Below are positions 20,413-29,294 of a stretch of 64,000 nucleotides of DNA, piece by piece. The first letter of the stretch is position 1; the number at the start of each line of letters is the position of its first letter. Under the pieces are notes generated by a model. It saw only the letters and a list, made by a program, of their open reading frames with translations. It was not told where the DNA came from and made no database searches. Source of the stretch: an uncultured Bacteroidales bacterium (lineage in GTDB: Bacteria > Bacteroidota > Bacteroidia > Bacteroidales > CAIWKO01); assembly GCA_903913285.1 (NCBI GenBank), contig CAIWKO010000045.1, forward strand, positions 4,068 through 68,067, read 5' to 3'. The position numbers were made by a program, and so were the translations under genes.

Positions 20413-20446
20413 AAAAGCTCCGTACAGATTGTCGGAGCTTTTTTTG
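20413..20446 (+). terminator. Rho-independent terminator after gcvH.
   Basis: Stem agctccg (20416-20422) pairs with cggagct (20433-20439) and is followed by a T7 run. Confidence 0.75.
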
Positions 20447-20579
20447 TATCATAAATAGTTCAAAAAAGCGTTACTACTAAGGAATATTTTCATAAAGGAT
20501 TATTTTCAGATAAATGCTTAAATTTATCCTTTTGTTTTTTGGCATTATGCTTGAAGAGATAATATAGAATTACAACTTG

Positions 20580-21344
20580 ATGAATAGCAACGATCGTTAT
20601 AACGAGATCATTTTTTATTATAGAAACAAACTCTATGGCGCCTATGTGATGCGCAAAAACTATAGAAAACAGTTGTTCTATTCGCTGCTAATTGCTGTTT
20701 TTGTTTTTATAATGGCTTTTGCTGTCCCCTTATGGTTACATAAACTTTCGGAACGACAACTTACCGAAAGTCCTGTTTATTCCGAATTTATGGTTACACC
20801 ACCTTTAGACAAAATACAACCCGATAATGAGGTTAATCCTGAACTTTTGAAGCTAATTAAAAAAGCAAAATTCGTTGCCCCTGTGGTTGTAACCGATTTA
20901 GACGAGACCAAGGATAATACTGATGAAGATGCTCAGGCTGCCGATTCGGCAAATAACGGAACCAGTTATAATGGCAGTAAGAATGGAGTTCTGGATGGTA
21001 ATGGAAGCGACGACAATGCAATTTACACTTACGTTCAGGAGATGCCTGAATTTCCCGGTGGTGATGTTGCTTTCAGTAATTTTCTGCAGAAAAATATCAG
21101 ATATCCGCAATTAGCTCTGAAAAACCGAATTCAGGGAAGAGTTTATGTTTCTTTTATTGTAGAAAAAAATGGAACAATTTCAAATATTAAGATATTGCAA
21201 GGCATAGGTGCTGGTTGTGACGATGAAGCGTTGAGAGTGATGCGTTTAATGCCTAAATGGAAAGCAGGAAAAAATCAGGGGCACGAAATTAGAGTTATTT
21301 TCCAAAAACCTATTAACTTTGTGCTTCAAACAAAAAGTTTATAA
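20580..21344 (+). CDS. Energy transducer TonB-family protein.
   Basis: The N-terminus is YRNKLYGAYVMRKNYRK followed by a TM helix. The C-terminal TonB domain reads YPQLALKNRIQGRVYVSFIVEKNGTISNIKILQGIGAGCDDEALRVMRLMPKWKAGKNQG. The ATG at 20580 is preferred over the TTG at 20577. Confidence 0.85.
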   Translation: MNSNDRYNEIIFYYRNKLYGAYVMRKNYRKQLFYSLLIAVFVFIMAFAVPLWLHKLSERQLTESPVYSEFMVTPPLDKIQPDNEVNPELLKLIKKAKFVAPVVVTDLDETKDNTDEDAQAADSANNGTSYNGSKNGVLDGNGSDDNAIYTYVQEMPEFPGGDVAFSNFLQKNIRYPQLALKNRIQGRVYVSFIVEKNGTISNIKILQGIGAGCDDEALRVMRLMPKWKAGKNQGHEIRVIFQKPINFVLQTKSL

Positions 21345-21345
21345 T

Positions 21346-21618
21346 ATGGGAACACATGCCGAAACAGATGAACATTTAGACCCCGAAACTAAAGCCTATA
21401 ACGATCTTATCAATGCGGGCAACGATTACGTGAAAATACAACTATATGCTTATGCCATAAAAAAATATAAGCAGGCATTATTAGTTAAACCATACGATAA
21501 GTATGCCAATGCCCAGATATACATGTGTAAAGCTAAATTTCGTAAGGATAATATGATCCTTGCAGCTATTGCATTAGTTGCTGTTATTGCTGTTTCACTT
21601 GTGATCTTTTTAAAATAA
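21346..21618 (+). CDS. Small tail-anchored protein of about 90 aa with one TPR-like helix pair and a C-terminal TM helix.
   Basis: The ATG at 21346 lies 2 nt after the tonB stop. The C-terminus ILAAIALVAVIAVSLVIFLK is hydrophobic. I recognise no family. Confidence 0.5.
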   Translation: MGTHAETDEHLDPETKAYNDLINAGNDYVKIQLYAYAIKKYKQALLVKPYDKYANAQIYMCKAKFRKDNMILAAIALVAVIAVSLVIFLK

Positions 21619-22047
21619 GATTTTTTCTTTTTTTTCAAATCTCTCGCATTTATTTTTGGCAACAGTTGTTGCTTTAATATTGTGTATCTACAACACATTA
21701 TTCTGCTGCTCTTCCATAAGCTGATCCATAATTACTTTTACTAATAAAGCCAATTTTTTATTTTCTTCCATCATTTGGGATACATACAACAGCGCCTAAT
21801 GTTGCTTCACAAAACTCATCACCTTTATATAGCTGCATAACTTGTCGATTTCATCATCGGTGAGATCGTGAGCCATAACTTTCAGGTTTAAATAAAAGGA
21901 TAATGTTGCTAAAAAACGATTGGAAATATTTGAAGGGGAAGATAATTTATGAAAACATTACTTAAATAGGTGTAAACTAAAATGATATTACTGACCAAGG
22001 GATAAAACAATACGGTTTTGCAGTTCGAAATTTCGGTTTTGTTCGTT

Positions 22048-22395
22048 GCAATATTGATCCTGACAATATCAATATTGATCCTGTTCATTGCAATATTGGT
22101 TTAATCAATATCAATATTGATTCTGTTCTTTGCAATATTGGTTTAATCAATATCAATATTGCTTTTGTTCTTCGCAATATTGGTTTAAACAATTTCAATA
22201 TTGCTTTTGTTCTTCGCAATATTGGTTTAATCAATATCAATATTGCTTTTGTTCTTTGCAATATTGGTTTAATCAATATCAATATTGCTTTTGTTCTTTG
22301 CAATATTGGTTTAATCAATATCAATATTGTTTTTGTTCTTTGCAATATTGATTTAATCAGGTTCAATATTGTTTCTGTTGGTTTCAATATTGTAA
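22048..22395. repeat. Non-coding tandem array of a 42-bp unit, eight full copies plus a partial ninth, rich in the palindrome CAATATTG.
   Basis: Units start at 22048, 22090, 22132, 22174, 22216, 22258, 22300 and 22342, with a partial unit at 22384. The consensus is GCAATATTGGTTTAATCAATATCAATATTGCTTTTGTTCTTT. Copies 5 and 6 are identical and the edge copies are diverged. Confidence 0.95.
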
Positions 22396-22881
22396 GCGTA
22401 AAATATAATATTTATCAGTGTTACCCCAAAATAATAAAGGATTTACGTTAAAGAGACATGGGTTAAAATAAGAAGAACATGAACTTTGCACTGCTTATAA
22501 AAAAACATAAGGCTATCGGTCGCAACAAGAACCTTGTTCAACTTTTGCACAAACATCAACTTTTTAATGCGCTTGTATATGCCACCAATCGTTTTTATGA
22601 GCTAGCAAAACAAAACTTCCAGCAGCTTTTTGATGAATTGGTTCAAAACTACAGTGCGGTGGTTGCCTTGTTTATGCAGGATGTTAAAACCAACGCCCAG
22701 CGCGAAGAAAATGCCGGAAGCCTGCTTCATTTTATTTCGTGCCTTATATAGGAAGCCATTCGCTATTCACAACCCGAAAAAGCAATATATAGCAATCAAC
22801 TCAAAGGCAATCTGCAGACCGATGGGTATGCAAACCCCAACAACGTGAATACCTATTGGATCACAAACAAAAATTATTGCT

Positions 22882-22916
22882 AAAAAAATCGGCTGGAATT
22901 TTGCAACCCCAGCCGA
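22882..22916 (-). terminator. Rho-independent terminator of the ppiD-like gene (minus strand).
   Basis: On the minus strand, stem tcggctgg pairs with ccagccga (8 bp) and is followed by ttttttt. It lies 25 nt past the stop codon. Confidence 0.75.
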
Positions 22917-22940
22917 ATTTCTATATTTAAAAAGATACTT

Positions 22941-25109
22941 TTAGTAGTAATTAATACGATTATCGGTTATATCCGTTTTATCTTTAATTGCCTTGAAAAC
23001 CTCGTTGGTAACCCGCGAACGGAAATAGCTGTTCATTTGCATTTTTACCATATCGGTATTCATGGCAGCAGCAGGTTGAGCAATGTCATTTAATAAAATT
23101 TCATACACTGCCATTTTGCCTTTAATAGGTTCGGAAAGAACATTCTTTTTCAATGTAAAAATAGTTCCTATAAGTTCAGGTTCAGGACCGTATTTGGGGA
23201 AATTATAAGCCGAAAATGTTAGTTGGTCAACAGTATCAACCTTAGTGTTGAATTTTACAGCTAACTGTTGAATATCTTTTATAGTGTTGGTGGCAGTTTT
23301 AACTTTTTCAATAAGTTGGTCGGCTTTCTTTTCGCGTTTCACAAGCGGTTCGATATACGATTTCACTTGCTCTAGCGGAGCTATGCCCTTTTTGCGTTTT
23401 TCAACCACTGCCGCAACCACATATTTTCCGTTTTCATCAAAAACCTGTTCTGAAATCATTCCTTTTTCGGTTTTTTCGTCATAAGCCCAACGAATAATAT
23501 CTCGGGCCGATTCAAGACCCGGTATGGTATAATCCATTTCTTTCACAAATTGAGCCGATCTTTTATTTAACCCTTTATCCGCAATGGTTTTCTTAAATTG
23601 TTCCATCGTTCTGTTGGTTCCTGCAAACTCACTTGCTTTGGCAAGATATTGATTAAAAGTTTCACTACTGGGTTTAATATCGTGTTTCACAATAGCAACT
23701 TTGATTTTCTTAATGGGTTCTTTTTTATCGGTAATATAAACTACATGATATCCCATTGAAGATTGTATAACCCTGAAATCACCTACTTTTGACTTATAGG
23801 TAGAATCATAGAAAAATTTATAATTGGCATCTCCGTCACCTATCCAACCAATTTCACCACCATCTTTCTTTGCTGACGGAAAATCAGATTTCACTTGGGC
23901 AATAGCTTTAAAGTTTTTAGGATCTTTTTTTACAACCTCAAATAAACTGTCGATTATCTTTTTTGCCTGATCTTTTGTACGTGTAATATTTTGTATAGGG
24001 TTCGGAGCATCTTTGTATGCAACCAGTATATGACTTATTTTGACAGAATCCGGACGATCTTGAATTTGCATCAATCGGGCCATATAATATGAATTGTTTT
24101 CAATATAAGGTGCTATAAAAGTTCCAACATTTGAAGCAAACATAACCGAATCTATTTTAACTGGTAAGCCACCTTTTTTATAAAAATTGCTGTCGTAAGG
24201 TGCATCGCTGTTTACTTTCATAAAGTTATCTATTTCATTACTGTTTGCTTTCTGAAAGTCAGCATAAATTCTACTCACATCTTCAGCAATCTTTTCCATG
24301 TCGGTTTTCGAAGGAAGTACTTCAAAGATCACATAATCCAGATCACGTGCATTTTCTTGTTCAAACTCATACTTATGTTCATCATAGTATTTTTGAAAAT
24401 CAGCATCTGTCACAGAAATTGCACTATCGGAAATAGTTTGATATTTAACTCCAACACAAAGCATCTTGGCAGTTTTTGCAGATTCATCAGCTATACGTTG
24501 TAAAAAGACTTTTGGCATATAATACCCCTGAGAGACGAGTGTATTGTACTTTGTATTGATCCTATCATCCTTTATGGCTTGTTCCAAACGTTTCCATTGT
24601 TGTTTTTCCTCATCCTTCATCTGGTCGAAATTCTTGACAATATTTTGAATTTGCTGAATATTAACTTGCCCGGTATTTGGATCAGCAAAATTTTGCACGA
24701 TAAAAGGATGCAGGTTTTTTCCCATCATCAGATCGTAAAGTTCTTCAGGGCTAATGGATGCTTTTGTTGTTTTTTCATGATCCTGTGCCAAGCCGAGTTC
24801 TTCATATTCTTTTTGCATGATTTGATCTTTCACCAGTTTATCCCAGGTAGAAACCATTATCTGAAAATTTTCGGCTGAGGTCAGATTTTCTTTTTTAGCC
24901 TGCTGCTTATATGATGTAACCTGTTCTTCCACTTTTTGGTCGAAATCTATCTTGCTGATCTTTTCCCCTGCAATTTTTGCAAAAAGCTGACTTTTATGTC
25001 CGGCTCCACTCTTTTTGAAAAAATCCTGAAGTACAAATCCCCCCAATGCTACACCAATTAAAATTACTAGTAACGCTGAATGTTTACGTATTTTACCAAT
25101 TACTGCCAT
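22941..25109 (-). CDS. Periplasmic chaperone / peptidylprolyl isomerase, PpiD/SurA-like with a parvulin domain.
   Basis: The protein is 722 aa. The N-terminus MAVIGKIRKHSALLVILIGVALGGFVL is a PpiD-type anchor, and the parvulin block is VKISHILVAY...GGEIGWIG. Confidence 0.85.
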   Translation of the reverse strand: MAVIGKIRKHSALLVILIGVALGGFVLQDFFKKSGAGHKSQLFAKIAGEKISKIDFDQKVEEQVTSYKQQAKKENLTSAENFQIMVSTWDKLVKDQIMQKEYEELGLAQDHEKTTKASISPEELYDLMMGKNLHPFIVQNFADPNTGQVNIQQIQNIVKNFDQMKDEEKQQWKRLEQAIKDDRINTKYNTLVSQGYYMPKVFLQRIADESAKTAKMLCVGVKYQTISDSAISVTDADFQKYYDEHKYEFEQENARDLDYVIFEVLPSKTDMEKIAEDVSRIYADFQKANSNEIDNFMKVNSDAPYDSNFYKKGGLPVKIDSVMFASNVGTFIAPYIENNSYYMARLMQIQDRPDSVKISHILVAYKDAPNPIQNITRTKDQAKKIIDSLFEVVKKDPKNFKAIAQVKSDFPSAKKDGGEIGWIGDGDANYKFFYDSTYKSKVGDFRVIQSSMGYHVVYITDKKEPIKKIKVAIVKHDIKPSSETFNQYLAKASEFAGTNRTMEQFKKTIADKGLNKRSAQFVKEMDYTIPGLESARDIIRWAYDEKTEKGMISEQVFDENGKYVVAAVVEKRKKGIAPLEQVKSYIEPLVKREKKADQLIEKVKTATNTIKDIQQLAVKFNTKVDTVDQLTFSAYNFPKYGPEPELIGTIFTLKKNVLSEPIKGKMAVYEILLNDIAQPAAAMNTDMVKMQMNSYFRSRVTNEVFKAIKDKTDITDNRINYY

Positions 25110-25172
25110 ATATTATGTTTTTTAAACAAGTTTGCAAATGTACAACTTTAAGTTTTAAGTTAAAAAACTTTT

Positions 25173-26459
25173 TTACTCCGAAATCTTTCTATCATTATTT
25201 TTAATAAATCGTATTTGTTCAATCCGATTGTTCGTTGCTTTGATGATTGTAATATCAAAAGGAGGAATAATAATCGTTTCTCTTTGCTCCGGAAAACGTT
25301 CCAAATAAAAAATAATAAAACCAGCAAGCGTTTCATATTCCGGATTTTCAGGAATGTTTAACTTATATTTATTGTTCAAATAATCGATCTCAAGCCGTCC
25401 CGAAAAAATAAATTCATTTTCAGATATTTGTTTTTCAATAAGTTCGGGATTATCAAATTCATCATTAATTTCTCCGGTAATTTCTTCAATGAGATCTTCA
25501 ATTGAAACCATGCCTGAAGTGCCGCCAAATTCATCTACCACAACTGCAATGCTTTTGTGTTGAACAATAAACATCTTTAATATCTCTTTTGCAAGTATTG
25601 ATTGGGGAACAATAAGAACAGGCTTTTTTATTGATTTAATGCTTTGTGGTTTGTCAAACATGTCGAACGAATGAACATAGCCTATTATATTGTCGATATG
25701 CTGACGATAAACCAATATTTTCGAATGACCTGAATTCACAAATTTTGAAATTAATTCTTCAATAGTATCATTTTCATCAACTGCAACGATCTCGTTTCTG
25801 GGAATCATACATTCACGAACTTTTGTAAACGAAAAATCAATTGCATTCTGAAACATTTTTATTTCAGGCAAATGTTTTTCGTTTTCAGACTCCGAAATAG
25901 AATATTCTCTCACGTAATGATTTAGATCTGCAGCACTGAATTCGTATTTTTCATCGTTAAACTTAATTCTAAAGATGTATTGGAGTATAAATTCAGAGAT
26001 CTCAACAAAGATAAATTGAATCGGAAAAAGTAAATAATACAGAACGAACAATGGAAAAATAAAAATCCGGAGAATTTTATTGGGATTTATTCTGAAAAAA
26101 ACTTTGGGAGCAAATTCTGCAACAAAAAGTATCAATAATGTTGAAACAATTGTTTGTATTATCAATACGATAAAATCTGAATGTATGCTATCAGGAAGTA
26201 AATCTTTGATATAAGGCCCTATAATATGTGCCATGGTAATACCATAAATAACCAACGAAATTGTATTACCAAGCAACATGGTTGAGATAAAATCGGCAGG
26301 ATTGTCTTTAAACCTCGACAACACTTTCCCGGAGAATAACCGGTTTTTTTTATCTAATTCTATCTTTAACTTATTCGCTGTGATAAAGGCTATTTCCATT
26401 CCGGAAAAAAAAGCAGAACTAATTATGGTTGTAATCGCTATAATAATAAATTTATCCAT
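25173..26459 (-). CDS. CNNM/CorC-HlyC family membrane protein (DUF21, CBS pair and CorC_HlyC domains; hemolysin-like or GldE-like).
   Basis: The protein is 428 aa with four N-terminal TM helices. It contains a CBS-pair region (ECMIPRNEIVAV...) and VVDEFGGTSGMVSIEDLIEEITGEI. Confidence 0.85.
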   Translation of the reverse strand: MDKFIIIAITTIISSAFFSGMEIAFITANKLKIELDKKNRLFSGKVLSRFKDNPADFISTMLLGNTISLVIYGITMAHIIGPYIKDLLPDSIHSDFIVLIIQTIVSTLLILFVAEFAPKVFFRINPNKILRIFIFPLFVLYYLLFPIQFIFVEISEFILQYIFRIKFNDEKYEFSAADLNHYVREYSISESENEKHLPEIKMFQNAIDFSFTKVRECMIPRNEIVAVDENDTIEELISKFVNSGHSKILVYRQHIDNIIGYVHSFDMFDKPQSIKSIKKPVLIVPQSILAKEILKMFIVQHKSIAVVVDEFGGTSGMVSIEDLIEEITGEINDEFDNPELIEKQISENEFIFSGRLEIDYLNNKYKLNIPENPEYETLAGFIIFYLERFPEQRETIIIPPFDITIIKATNNRIEQIRFIKNNDRKISE

Positions 26460-26468
26460 TAATTGCGC

Positions 26469-27041
26469 TTATTTTTCGCCTTCATTTTTATCGGTATTAA
26501 TATAAAATGTACCTCTTGGTTTTTTGATCACCCATTTAATGAAAGATTCGTCAGCATCCATTCCTTCTCCATAAAATATTTTATCAGCGGTGGTAATTTT
26601 AACAAAAACATCTGTATAAATTCGTTTGGTCTTTTCGTCCCAGATCAATTGTTCTGTGTTCAGTTGTTCTCCTTTTTCATTCACCACCACCACATCATTT
26701 TTGGCTTCCATAACATCTTTCTTGTCGTATTTTATAGCGTACTTAGAGGTTAAATGTGTTTTTACCCGCATAGCGGAATCATAAAAAACCACATTTATTC
26801 CCTGCGGCATCTCATGATAAGGGTTTTTTCCCATGTAATATTTATATACAGGTGCTTTTATTATTGCTTGAATTTTTGCAGAATCACTATAAATTGTCTC
26901 AACATTTTTCCCCGATTCAACAGGAAGTGTATCAACAAATGTGATAGCATTAATATCTTCAAGCTTGTTTTTACATGAAAATAATAAAAGTATTCCTAAA
27001 AAAGAGCAAACAATTAAAGGCTTCAACAGAGGAACTCGCAT
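26469..27041 (-). CDS. LptC-like lipoprotein (LPS export periplasmic component).
   Basis: The protein is 190 aa with a lipobox LLLFSCKN. It has the OstA/LptC-like beta pattern (MEAKNDVVVVNEKGEQLNTEQLIWDEKTKRIYTDVFVKITTADKIFYGEGMDADES). The position between an OMP gene and corC/ppiD matches my recollection for Bacteroidota. Confidence 0.55.
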   Translation of the reverse strand: MRVPLLKPLIVCSFLGILLLFSCKNKLEDINAITFVDTLPVESGKNVETIYSDSAKIQAIIKAPVYKYYMGKNPYHEMPQGINVVFYDSAMRVKTHLTSKYAIKYDKKDVMEAKNDVVVVNEKGEQLNTEQLIWDEKTKRIYTDVFVKITTADKIFYGEGMDADESFIKWVIKKPRGTFYINTDKNEGEK

Positions 27042-27048
27042 CGAAATT

Positions 27049-28347
27049 TTAATTTAACTTTGGTCTGAAGAACCAGAATTCTCTAAACGAAAAGCCCAAA
27101 GTGAATTTAATATAATTTTCCTGAATCAGATCTTGATTAATTGTACCTTTTTTCCCTGCTTCTATGGCTAAATTGATCATGGTTCTGATCTTTCTAAGAG
27201 GAAATCCAATACCTATTGTAACACTGAAATCGTTGATCTTTGTGTTTTTGAGTTCCAGATTACTCTGTCCGTAATTAAACCCAAACCTGTAACTCATTTT
27301 TTTCCAATAATTAGTTAAAGAAGAATAATGAGGTATAATCTCTCCACCTATTGCAAAAGTAAAACTGTTGGCTAAAGAATCCGAAACTCCGAAACTTTTA
27401 AATTTTTTCCAGTTCTGCCAATCAAAATCAGCACCAACCATCCATGCATTCTTTTTCATAAAAGTAAGTCCGCCTCCTATGCTTAATGGCATTTTTATTG
27501 TTCCGCTGGCTTCATCAATATTAATTAATGTATCTTTAATACTTTCAACATCGCCACTTGCTGTGAAACGTTCGGCCAGTTGCGATTGTTTTGCACTTAA
27601 ATTCGTAGGCAAATTAAACCTTGTCCCTAATGTTAATCCATATTTTTTCTTAATATTTATTTGATATTGTAAACCATAATCTAAATAAAGACTTGAGAGT
27701 CGCATTTTATTTATGACCCGAATATCGAAAGAATAACTTTGGTCTGGTGTATATATCGAACGATTTTTATTTGTTGAACCAAAAAGATAACCAACATTTA
27801 AACCTAACGACAAATGTTTAAATAATTTAAAAGAGGTTCCGATATAGGCTTTATTTATTCCGCCCGTAGCATCAAATTTTTCATTAACCTGACCAACATT
27901 ATCCATGGTATCACGCGTAACTACCTGATATCCTGTCTTCGAATAAGGTAATATTCCTGCTGAAATTCCGCACCAATGGTTTACCGGAAAACCAAACAGC
28001 AAATATCCAACAGATGTATGATTGGTAAAAGCTTGTGTAGCAACCGACGATTGCAATTGGTTAAAATTACTGACCAAGCCGATATCAAAAATAAAAGTAT
28101 TGGTATCAAACGCCGAATATGAAGCAGGATTCTCGTAATTGATAAAAGAAGGATTTCGAACACCCATTTTTATTCCACCCATTCCAGCAGAATATGCTGA
28201 ATGATTATCTTGTATTTCTCCCAGACCGTAATAAGAATAAGGAGAACTGATACGTACGTCTTGTGCTGATGTTGAAAAAAATGTTGCTGTGAGCAAGATA
28301 AGAATCAAAAAGTATTTAATGTTTTTATTGATTGTCATTATAATCAA
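27049..28347 (-). CDS. Outer-membrane beta-barrel protein of unknown function.
   Basis: The protein is 432 aa with a signal peptide ending SAQ. It has alternating hydrophobic beta-strand patterning and an aromatic-rich C-terminus. The 5' end overlaps coaX by 23 nt. Confidence 0.6.
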   Translation of the reverse strand: MIIMTINKNIKYFLILILLTATFFSTSAQDVRISSPYSYYGLGEIQDNHSAYSAGMGGIKMGVRNPSFINYENPASYSAFDTNTFIFDIGLVSNFNQLQSSVATQAFTNHTSVGYLLFGFPVNHWCGISAGILPYSKTGYQVVTRDTMDNVGQVNEKFDATGGINKAYIGTSFKLFKHLSLGLNVGYLFGSTNKNRSIYTPDQSYSFDIRVINKMRLSSLYLDYGLQYQINIKKKYGLTLGTRFNLPTNLSAKQSQLAERFTASGDVESIKDTLINIDEASGTIKMPLSIGGGLTFMKKNAWMVGADFDWQNWKKFKSFGVSDSLANSFTFAIGGEIIPHYSSLTNYWKKMSYRFGFNYGQSNLELKNTKINDFSVTIGIGFPLRKIRTMINLAIEAGKKGTINQDLIQENYIKFTLGFSFREFWFFRPKLN

Positions 28348-29050
28348 GAATTATTTTCAGACCTATTAAAACAATATTTGAAACTGCAAATATCTTATTT
28401 TTTAGTTTATTAACCAAATAATCTGCATCACCCCCTGATAAAACTATTGCAATTTGGGGAAAGTTATTGCGATATTGGTCAATGATACCATCAATTTCGG
28501 CAATAGTACCGTTAATAACACCTGACAATAAAGATTCCTGAGTATTTTTACCAATCAGAGTATTATAATCAATTAATTCTATTAACGGAAGTTTATCCGT
28601 AAAAGTATGTAATGCCGAAAAACGCATCTGTAATCCGGGCGAAATAGCGCCTCCTAAATATGCAGCTTTAGAATTTACAAAATCATACTTGATACAAGTT
28701 CCAGCATCAATTACCAAAACATCTTGGGTTGGAAATAAATTTTGAGCAGCAACTGCCGAAGCCAAACGATCTTTTCCAAGGCTTTCAGGAGAGTGATATT
28801 CGTTCTTTATTGGAATTGGGGTTGTATGATCAAAAACAATAAGCTTACATTTCGAACTCAAAAATGTTTCAATTTCTGTTTGATGATGAATAACGCTCGA
28901 TAATATACAGGAAGAAATTGGGAATTTATTAAAAACTGATTCCAGCAATTTTGTTTCGAATTGTGTTGGCAATTCCAACTGAACTATCTCTTCACCCGAA
29001 AAAACAGCAATTTTTGGAAATGTATTACCAAGATCGATAATCAGTTTCAT
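28325..29050 (-). CDS. coaX: Type III pantothenate kinase.
   Basis: The protein is 241 aa and contains MKLIIDLGNT, VIDAGTCIKYD, SGGDA and other type III CoaX motifs. Confidence 0.9.
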   Translation of the reverse strand: MKLIIDLGNTFPKIAVFSGEEIVQLELPTQFETKLLESVFNKFPISSCILSSVIHHQTEIETFLSSKCKLIVFDHTTPIPIKNEYHSPESLGKDRLASAVAAQNLFPTQDVLVIDAGTCIKYDFVNSKAAYLGGAISPGLQMRFSALHTFTDKLPLIELIDYNTLIGKNTQESLLSGVINGTIAEIDGIIDQYRNNFPQIAIVLSGGDADYLVNKLKNKIFAVSNIVLIGLKIILDYNDNQ

Positions 29051-29115
29051 CTGATAATTATTAGCTTTGCAAAGGTAGCTTTATGATTGCAAGATAAGCT
29101 TTTTTTTCAAAATTT

Positions 29116-29145
29116 TTTGTGGAATAGATTTATTTAGTATTTTTG
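29116..29145 (+). promoter_or_regulatory. Candidate Bacteroidota sigma-A promoter (TTTG-N18-TAnnTTTG) for tRNA-Phe.
   Basis: TTTG is at 29116-29119 and TATTTTTG at 29138-29145. The tRNA starts 19 nt downstream. Confidence 0.5.
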
Positions 29146-29163
29146 CAGTCCTTTTTAAAGGAG

Positions 29164-29236
<73 letters not shown>

Positions 29237-29240
29237 TCTA

Positions 29241-29268
29241 AAGCACATCCAACGATGTGCTTTTTTTA
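29241..29268 (+). terminator. Rho-independent terminator after tRNA-Phe.
   Basis: The hairpin is aagcacatc-caac-gatgtgctt, followed by a T run. Confidence 0.8.
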
Positions 29269-29294
29269 TTTAATTTTTTCTACCTTTGTTTAAT

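Noticed and set aside
22085-22387. ORFs of 100 aa (minus strand) and 73 aa (plus strand, 22130-22351) with 14-aa periodic sequences such as ILILIKPILQRTKA and QYWFNQYQYCFCSS.
   Set aside because: Both strands are open only because the 42-bp unit happens to lack stop codons in those frames. The composition is implausible for a protein, there is no start context, and the two ORFs mirror each other. I treat the region as a non-coding tandem repeat.
22048-22395. Possible CRISPR array.
   Set aside because: The repeats are contiguous with no unique spacers between them. The whole 42-bp period is conserved, and no cas genes are in the window.
22479-22848. Two overlapping small ORFs (90 aa and 72 aa) after the tandem array.
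   Set aside because: I recognise no family, and they overlap each other in different frames. The second runs toward the ppiD terminator. They are not reported as features and are mentioned only in the gene-poor-island finding.
21619-22940. Chromosomal replication origin (oriC).
   Set aside because: I saw no DnaA boxes (TTATCCACA or its complement) in the gap by eye, and dnaA is not adjacent. I have not excluded a non-canonical origin, so the idea is kept only as a testable hypothesis under the tandem-array finding.
25173-27041. Calling the CorC-like gene gldE and the 190-aa lipoprotein gldD.
   Set aside because: As I recall, gldD lies downstream of gldE in Flavobacterium johnsoniae. Here the small lipoprotein is upstream and its sequence pattern fits LptC better. 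The generic family names were kept.
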